From contig OZ219866.1 of NCBI GenBank assembly GCA_964291675.2, forward strand, positions 1,376,001-1,440,000: DNA of 64,000 nucleotides. The letters run 5' to 3'. The stretch comes from Alphaproteobacteria bacterium (lineage in GTDB: Bacteria > Pseudomonadota > Alphaproteobacteria > MPNO01). The position numbers and the translations under genes were made by a program. The notes below the pieces were generated by a model. It did not search any database. It saw only the letters and a list, made by a program, of their open reading frames with translations, and had not been told where the DNA came from. Shown here piece by piece: positions 56,682 to 64,000 of this stretch (within the stretch, counting starts at the first letter, position 1; every line of letters begins with the position of its first letter).

Positions 56682-56817
56682 CGAACCAACGTCAACGATT
56701 TCCGCGCCATTCTGATCGGCGCTGGCGCGGGTCAGCCGGTGCCTCTATAGACAGCGCCGGAGACGGGGGACCATGCGCCGCCACAGGCGAACCAAGATCG
56801 TGACCACGCTCGGGCCG
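56682..56817 (+). repeat. 136-bp direct repeat, right copy, flanking islet 2
   Basis: Matches 55836-55971; contains the pyk RBS and start. Confidence 0.96.
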
Positions 56818-58191
56818 GCGAGCGCCACGCCCGAGGCGGTGCGCGATCTGTTCGAGGCCGGCGCCGACATGTTCCGCCTCAATTTCAGCCACGGCACGCA
56901 TGAGGGCCACGCCGAGCGGGTGCGCTGGATCCGCGAGGTCGAGCGCGCCGCCGACCACCCGATCGGCATCCTGATGGACTTGCAGGGCCCCAAGCTGCGC
57001 ATCGGCGCGATCGCCGGCGGCGAGGCGGTGCTGGAGGCCGGCGCCGCCTTCCGCCTCGACCTGTCGCCCGAGCCCGGCGACGGCGCGCGGGCGCCGCTGC
57101 CGCATCCCGAAGTGTTCGAGGCCATCCGGCAGGGCACCGAGCTGCTGATCGACGACGGCAAAATCCGCCTCGCGGTGCGCGAGTGCGCGGCCGACCATGC
57201 GGTCACCGAGATCCTGTTCGGCGGAAGGCTGAGCGATCACAAGGGGGTCAACATCCCCCACGCGGTGCTGCCGATCTCGGCGCTGACCGGCAAGGACCGG
57301 CGCGACCTCGACTTCGCCCTCACCCTCGGCATCGACTGGATCGGGCTGAGCTTCGTGCAGCGCCCCGACGACGTGGCGGCGGCGCGCCGGATCATCGGCG
57401 GCAAGGCCGCGGTGATGGCGAAGCTGGAAAAGCCCGCCGCCATCGAATGCCTGGACGAGATCCTCGCCCTGTCCGACGGGGTGATGGTGGCGCGCGGCGA
57501 TCTCGGCGTGGAGCTGCCGCCCGAGGACGTCCCCAGCATCCAGAAACAGGTCGTCCGGCGCTGCCGCGAGGCCGGCAAGCCGGTCGTCGTCGCGACCCAG
57601 ATGCTGGAATCGATGATCGCCGCGCCGGCGCCGACCCGGGCCGAGGCGTCGGACGTCGCCACCGCGGTCTATGACGGCGCCGATGCGGTGATGCTGTCGG
57701 CCGAGACCGCGACCGGCGCCTATCCGCTCGCGGCGGTCTCGATGATGAGCCGGATCGTCACCCGGGTCGAGCGCGACGAGACCTTTCGCGCCATCATGGA
57801 CGCCGTCCACCCCGCCCCCGAGCGGACCGCGCCCGACGCGATCAGCGCCGCCGCCGCAAGGGTGGCGGAGACCGTCAGGGCGGCGGCGATCGTCACCTTC
57901 ACCAGCTCGGGCTCGACCGCGCTCCGCGCCGCGCGCGAACGCCCCGCCGTGCCGCTCGTGGCGCTGACCGCGCTGCGGGCGACCGCGCGCCAGCTCTCGG
58001 TCGCCTGGGGGGTGCACTGCGTGGTTTCCGCGGACGTCAAGGATTTCGCGGAGATGGTGGAGATCGCCTGCGAACGCACCGTCGCTGCGGGGTTCGCCGA
58101 GACCGGGCAGCGCCTGGTGATCACCGCCGGGGTCCCGTTCGGCACGCCCGGCGCGACCAACATCCTGCATATCGCCTGGATCGCCGGCTGA
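56773..58191 (+). CDS. pyk: Pyruvate kinase
   Basis: TKIVTTLGPAS, RLNFSHG, DLQGPK, MVARGDLGVE, ATQMLESM. Confidence 0.98.
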   Translation: MRRHRRTKIVTTLGPASATPEAVRDLFEAGADMFRLNFSHGTHEGHAERVRWIREVERAADHPIGILMDLQGPKLRIGAIAGGEAVLEAGAAFRLDLSPEPGDGARAPLPHPEVFEAIRQGTELLIDDGKIRLAVRECAADHAVTEILFGGRLSDHKGVNIPHAVLPISALTGKDRRDLDFALTLGIDWIGLSFVQRPDDVAAARRIIGGKAAVMAKLEKPAAIECLDEILALSDGVMVARGDLGVELPPEDVPSIQKQVVRRCREAGKPVVVATQMLESMIAAPAPTRAEASDVATAVYDGADAVMLSAETATGAYPLAAVSMMSRIVTRVERDETFRAIMDAVHPAPERTAPDAISAAAARVAETVRAAAIVTFTSSGSTALRAARERPAVPLVALTALRATARQLSVAWGVHCVVSADVKDFAEMVEIACERTVAAGFAETGQRLVITAGVPFGTPGATNILHIAWIAG

Positions 58192-58278
58192 CGTCGGCCG
58201 CTGCCGGCAAGTCCCGCGCGAACGGTTGCGCAACATACCACTTTTACTAGTATATCGAGCTCGTTTCTATCGTTCAGG

Positions 58279-59805
58279 ATGCCGCCCATGATTGTACGGT
58301 GTGGGCGGATTGCGGCGGCGCTGGCGATTTTGACGGTGTACCCGCCCGATCGCGCCGGTGCCGAGAGCAGGAGCGACTTCGTGTCCGGGCCGTGGGTCGG
58401 GCGTGCGATGTTCGACGACAGCAATCACCGGTTCCGCGGATGCGGCGCTTTCGTGCCGAGCGGCGACGATCCCACGCTGTTCTGGATCCGTTGGCACGAC
58501 CGCGAGCGCCCGGAAATAAGAATCCGCAACCCGCCCTGGGCCGTGCGCGAGGACCAGCGCTTCGAGGCGACGCTCTCGGTCGACGATGGCTGGCGCGCCG
58601 TCGCGCCGGTCAGCGTCGGGGTCGGGTCCGGCGCCTCCCAGCCGCTGTACCTGTCGATCCATGGCGATGGCGTCCAAGCGGTTGCCAGGGTCGCCGCCGG
58701 GGGCCGGACGCTGACCGTCGAGAGGGCCGGGGAGAAGCCGCTTTCCTTCTCCCTGTCCGGCGTCGGGGAGATGATGGAAAGCCTCGATCGGTGCCACAGC
58801 CGGGGGATCGCGCTCCAGCGAAGGGCGGACGAGGACGATCTGAGGGCGGTCGATTTCTTTGTCGCGCAGCAAGACGACGAGAAATTCGCGCAATGGTCGA
58901 ACAGTCTGTCAAGACTGGCCCATGCGGGGGTTACCATCATCGGTCTGGGCGACGGTGTCTGCCGTACCGTCGAACGGCTCTCCACCGGCCGGTACGATCT
59001 GCAGTTCGCAAATTTCGCGCTCGGCCTGGCGATAACGCCAGCGTCCAAGGCTCTCGGGACGGTGCGGAAGAACTTCGCGGATCTGGACGTCTTCGATCCC
59101 GCCTCCGGCGATCCGGGCATCGGCGTCGTGCTGCGGACGGCGATGGAACGGCTCCTCGTACAGGCAGAGACGGTGGTACATGCCTCCCAGGCGCTGATGT
59201 CGGCTATCTCGCAGGGCGACGACGCGGAGAGGGACCGGCTCTACGCCGCCATCGCCCGGCATTCCCATCTCAGCTATGCCGGCGACAACCTCTATCTAAC
59301 GATCAGGAACGCCTCGCGCAGCGAAGCGGACATGGAATATCACCTGAACCGGGCTTCGCGGAGCATCAACCTGATGAACGCCAAGCTGGTGAGGTCGATA
59401 TTGTTCCTGTCCGACGATGCGCTGGCCGAGAGATTGCCGGCTCTGATCGCGCTCTCCAGGGACCGCATACGGGACGCGCGCCGCTGGACCGCCGGCGGGC
59501 GCAAAATCATGACGGACCGGCTCGCGGATGCCATGTTCAAGCAGGAGCCCGAAGTCTCGCGGGAAAGGATGGCGCTGTTCAAGGCCTATGAACGATCGAT
59601 GCAGGCGGAAGATGCGCTTGCCGACCGGTTCGAGGCGGCGCTGGACGAGGTCGAGGTCGCCATGCGCCGCCGCGCGCCCCTGTCGGACACCGGGTATTTG
59701 AGCCTGGTTCATGGCGGGGAGCGAACGGCGGCGGCGCTGCTGCAGGAACGCTTCGCGCACCGACTCGAGCGCGGCGCGGCCTACGAGGCGCTCCAGGGTC
59801 GATGA
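58279..59805 (+). CDS. Hypothetical exported protein
   Basis: Signal-peptide-like N-terminus, beta-rich then helical region, atypical codon use; start uncertain. Confidence 0.65.
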   Translation: MPPMIVRCGRIAAALAILTVYPPDRAGAESRSDFVSGPWVGRAMFDDSNHRFRGCGAFVPSGDDPTLFWIRWHDRERPEIRIRNPPWAVREDQRFEATLSVDDGWRAVAPVSVGVGSGASQPLYLSIHGDGVQAVARVAAGGRTLTVERAGEKPLSFSLSGVGEMMESLDRCHSRGIALQRRADEDDLRAVDFFVAQQDDEKFAQWSNSLSRLAHAGVTIIGLGDGVCRTVERLSTGRYDLQFANFALGLAITPASKALGTVRKNFADLDVFDPASGDPGIGVVLRTAMERLLVQAETVVHASQALMSAISQGDDAERDRLYAAIARHSHLSYAGDNLYLTIRNASRSEADMEYHLNRASRSINLMNAKLVRSILFLSDDALAERLPALIALSRDRIRDARRWTAGGRKIMTDRLADAMFKQEPEVSRERMALFKAYERSMQAEDALADRFEAALDEVEVAMRRRAPLSDTGYLSLVHGGERTAAALLQERFAHRLERGAAYEALQGR

Positions 59806-59994
59806 CGCGGGGATCGGCCGACGGCGGCCCCGTCGCGCGGCCTCTCGCCTGCCAGCCCCAGACAAAGCGCCCGCCGACCGTTCTGGAGGCCAAGGTCGTC
59901 GTACCGGACGAAATCTTCCAGCCGATGCCCCCCGACCGCCGGCGGATGCCGCGACGGCATGGACCTTGCGCCATCCAGCCGTAAGGAACGCGCG

Positions 59995-60948
59995 CTACTT
60001 GAACAACTCCTCGCCCTTCATGCCCTGGTAGAGATGGGCGACCTGCTCGGCATAGCCGTTATAGAGCAGGGTCGGCACCCGCTTGCCGGTGCCGAGCTGG
60101 CGCTCGGTCGCCTGGCTCCAGCGCGGGTGGTCGACCTCGGGGTTCACATTGGCCCAGAAGCCGTATTCCTGCCCCGCGATCTCCTCCCAGAAGCTCACCG
60201 GGCGCTTGTCGGTGAAGCTGAAGCGGGTGATCGACTTGATCGACTTGAAGCCGTATTTCCACGGCACCGCCAGACGCAGCGGCGCGCCGTTCTGCTTGGC
60301 GATCTCCTTGCCGTAGGCGCCGGTCGCGATGAAGGCGAGCTCGTTGGTCGCCTCCGCCATCGTCAACCCCTCCACATAGGGCCAGGGATACCAGGACTGG
60401 CGTTGCCCGGACGCGACCGAGGTGTCGTGGAAGCCGTGCATCTCCACGTATTTCGCGCCGGCCAAGGGCCGCGCCAGGGCGACCAGCGCCGCCAGCGCAA
60501 AACCGCTCCACGGCACCGCGATCGACCACGCTTCGACGCAGCGGTGGCGGTACAGGCGCTCTTCCAGCGGCAATTTGCGGACCAGCGCGTCGGCGTCGAT
60601 CGTGAAGGGCTTCTCCACCATGCCGTCGACAGTCACCGTCCACGGCCGGGTCTTGAGCTTCTGCGCCGCCTTCCAGATCTGCTTGTGCGAGCCGAATTCG
60701 AAGAAATTGTTGTAGGTGGTGACGATCTTCTCGTCGGTCAGCGGCCGGTCGAGGGTGTAGCGGGGGTTGCGTTTCGCCGGGTAGAGCCCGGTCGCCGCCC
60801 CCGCGGCGCTTGCGAGTCCGAGCCCGGACAGCGCCAGAATCGGGCCGGCGGCGAGCGCCTTCACCAGCTCCCGCCGCTGGCGGAAGCGGTCTTCCGGCGT
60901 GGCCTGCCGCTCCGGCAGCTCCCAGCCGCGCTTGCTCCTGACGATCAT
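59995..60948 (-). CDS. msrP: Periplasmic methionine sulfoxide reductase catalytic subunit
   Basis: Tat RR motif, YNNFFEFG, YRHRCVEAWS, PWKYGFKSIK, HPRWSQATER. Confidence 0.96.
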   Translation of the reverse strand: MIVRSKRGWELPERQATPEDRFRQRRELVKALAAGPILALSGLGLASAAGAATGLYPAKRNPRYTLDRPLTDEKIVTTYNNFFEFGSHKQIWKAAQKLKTRPWTVTVDGMVEKPFTIDADALVRKLPLEERLYRHRCVEAWSIAVPWSGFALAALVALARPLAGAKYVEMHGFHDTSVASGQRQSWYPWPYVEGLTMAEATNELAFIATGAYGKEIAKQNGAPLRLAVPWKYGFKSIKSITRFSFTDKRPVSFWEEIAGQEYGFWANVNPEVDHPRWSQATERQLGTGKRVPTLLYNGYAEQVAHLYQGMKGEELFK

Positions 60949-60970
60949 GGTTCCTCCCCGGCGTCGTCGC

Positions 60971-63001
60971 CTAGTTCGCCTCGTCGGCCTCCTTGCGGGC
61001 CTCGATCACCTGGTCGGCGAGGCGGCCGGTCAGCTCCTGCAGGCGGTCGAAAGACGAGCGATAGGTCGCAACGCCCTGGCTCAGCGAGCGCAGCTCGACG
61101 ATCAGGTCGACGATATCGGAGGACGGGATATTGGCCTCCACCGTGTCCCAGCCCTTCCAGCCTTCCTTGGGCGTGAAGCCGAGGATCTGGCCGCGGCGTC
61201 CGCTGATCAGCCCGTGCACCTTGCTGGTGGCATCCGCCGGCACGTCGATCTCCACCCGCGAGATCGGCTCGAGCAGCACCGGACCGCATTTGGGCATGCC
61301 CTCGGTCATCGCCACCCGGGCGGCCAGCTTGAAGGACATCTCGTTGCTGTCGACCGAGTGGAACTGCCCGTCGGTCAGCCGCACCGCGAAATCGACCACC
61401 GGGAAGCCGAGCGGCCCGCGCGCGGCGAACTCCTTGACGCCCGCCTCGACGGCCGGGATGAACTGCTTGGGGATGGCGCCGCCGACGATCTTGTCGGTGA
61501 ACTCGAACCCCTCGCCGCGCGGTCGGGGCGAGATGTCGACATGGACGTCGCCGAACATGCCGTGACCGCCGGTCTGGCGCTTGAAGCGGCCGTGCTGGGA
61601 GACCGTCTTGCGGATGGTCTCCTTGTAGGGAACGCTCGGCGGGGCGGCCAGCGCGGAGACGTTGTAGCGGCCCTTGAGCTTTTCCAGCGCGACCTGGAGG
61701 TGGATCTCGCCCTGGCCCCACAGCACCATCTCGCGGGTGTCGGGGTTCTGCTCGTAGCTGACCGAGGGGTCCTCCTCGTTGAGGCGCTGCAACGCGCCGG
61801 TGAGCTTCACCTCGTCGTTGCGGTTCTCCGGCGATATGGCGCGGGCATAGACCGGCACGATGGGATCCGGCCAGTCGGCGCCGTCGGCCGGGTCGCCGTC
61901 GTCGCCCAGCAGGTCGCCGGTCCTGACCGAGTCCATGCGCCCGAGAGCGGCGACCGCGCCCGGCCCAGCGTCGGCGATCTTGTTCTGCTGTCCGCCCATC
62001 AGCGACAACAGGCTGCCGACGCGTTGCCCGTTCAGGGTCATGCCCTCCCTGACGGTCCCCGACAGCACCCGGGCGAGCGACAGCTTGCCGGCATGCTGGG
62101 CGTGGTAGGTCTTGAACACCTGCGCGGCGGTCCCGTTGCCGGCCTCCACCCCGAGGCGCTCGATCATGGCATCGAGACCCGGCACCTCGTGGCGCAGCGC
62201 CTTGAACAGCCGCCTGACGCCGTAATCCTGCTCCGCCGAGCCGATCAGCACCGGCACCACATCGGCCGCCCGCACCCCGTCGGTCAGATAGCCGTAGATC
62301 TCCTCGATATCGGGGACCTCGTCCTCGAGCAGCTTCTCCAGCAGCTCGTCGTTGAAATCGGCCAGCGCCTCCAGCATCGACTCCCGCGCCGTCTCGTACT
62401 CGTCGGCCACCGAGTCCGGCGTGTCGATGCGCTCGGAACCGGCGCCGGCGGTGTATTCGTAGGCCCGCCCGCTGATCAGATCGACATAGCCCGATACCGT
62501 CTCGCCCTCGCGGATCGGGATCTGGCGCAGTACCAGCGGCGCCTGCTCCACCGAACGCAGAGCCTCGTATACCGCCGAGACCGGCTCGGTAATGGTGTCG
62601 ATCTTGTTGATGAACACCATGTGCGGGATGCCGCGGTCGGCGAGGAACTTGAACAGCGGCGCGAGAGTCATCGCGCGCTCGGTCGAGGGCTCGTAGACCA
62701 CCACCGCGAGGTCGGCGACCATCAGCGCGTTGAACGCCTCCTGGCGCATCTCGATCGAGCCCGGGCAGTCGAGGAAGCTCCACGGGTCGTCCAGATAGTC
62801 GGTCGAGCCCACCGAGACCTCGACCGACATCTGACGGGCGCGCGCCTCGGGCGCGGAGTCGCCGACCGAGTTGCCTTCCTTGACCGAACCCTTGCGGTGG
62901 ATGCCGCCCGACACCGAGAGCAGGCTCTCCATCAGCGTCGTCTTGCCGCTGAGATAGGGTCCGACTAGTGCCACGCAGCGTGGCCCGGAAGCGCTCGCCA
63001 T
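60971..63001 (-). CDS. fusA: Elongation factor G paralogue (EF-G2)
   Basis: GPYLSGKTT, DCPG, NKID, KRQTGGHG, HSVDS, LRSLSQG; not in a ribosomal operon. Confidence 0.9.
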   Translation of the reverse strand: MASASGPRCVALVGPYLSGKTTLMESLLSVSGGIHRKGSVKEGNSVGDSAPEARARQMSVEVSVGSTDYLDDPWSFLDCPGSIEMRQEAFNALMVADLAVVVYEPSTERAMTLAPLFKFLADRGIPHMVFINKIDTITEPVSAVYEALRSVEQAPLVLRQIPIREGETVSGYVDLISGRAYEYTAGAGSERIDTPDSVADEYETARESMLEALADFNDELLEKLLEDEVPDIEEIYGYLTDGVRAADVVPVLIGSAEQDYGVRRLFKALRHEVPGLDAMIERLGVEAGNGTAAQVFKTYHAQHAGKLSLARVLSGTVREGMTLNGQRVGSLLSLMGGQQNKIADAGPGAVAALGRMDSVRTGDLLGDDGDPADGADWPDPIVPVYARAISPENRNDEVKLTGALQRLNEEDPSVSYEQNPDTREMVLWGQGEIHLQVALEKLKGRYNVSALAAPPSVPYKETIRKTVSQHGRFKRQTGGHGMFGDVHVDISPRPRGEGFEFTDKIVGGAIPKQFIPAVEAGVKEFAARGPLGFPVVDFAVRLTDGQFHSVDSNEMSFKLAARVAMTEGMPKCGPVLLEPISRVEIDVPADATSKVHGLISGRRGQILGFTPKEGWKGWDTVEANIPSSDIVDLIVELRSLSQGVATYRSSFDRLQELTGRLADQVIEARKEADEAN

Positions 63002-63130
63002 AATCCTCTCCCCTGGCCGAGATGCGTTCTCGGACTTTGTCCGCGCCGCCGCACGGTCGCCCCGTTCATCCTCGAACGCCGTAATGTTTCAGCGCGGCCC
63101 CGGCGAATCAAGACCCTCCCCGGCGCCGGG

Positions 63131-64000
<870 letters not shown>

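Noticed and set aside
58175-59830. Direct repeats flanking the 508-aa hypothetical gene (also sought around 6.6-7.4 kb and 40.5-41.4 kb)
   Set aside because: Only short GC-rich similarities, indistinguishable from chance.
60971-63001. Divergent GTPase motifs in EF-G as a novelty
   Set aside because: Consistent with the known EF-G2 paralogue class.

Overview
Very GC-rich bacterial chromosomal segment. Gene content points to an alphaproteobacterium; choice-of-anchor-R-like autotransporters, Sel1/TPR proteins, an Sfp-type PPTase and two TRAP systems hint at a host-associated marine lineage (inference). The backbone is metabolic: a DegP-RR-HK operon, two Rieske oxygenases, a TauD-family dioxygenase, a reductive-dehalogenase-like protein, a pair of heme-oxygenase-like diiron proteins around RidA, glycerate kinase-pyk, msrP, an EF-G paralogue and an aminotransferase. 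Notable structure read directly from the sequence: (1) two inverted copies of an IS1111-type IS110 element, both inserted at the same CG of a REP-like palindrome; the 3' non-coding region holds guides matching both target strands and the circle junction (bridge/seek RNA), and one copy has lost 18 nt of the target loop; (2) an AhpD/CMD-family gene with an in-frame TGA in a CxxU motif followed by a SECIS-like hairpin; (3) two inverted 56-bp elements combining parS with a second palindrome; (4) two lower-GC cargo islets flanked by 107-bp and 136-bp direct duplications of host gene junctions, with no integrase; (5) an autotransporter paralogue truncated at an IS110 target half-site. Product calls come from motif recognition only; no database searches were run.
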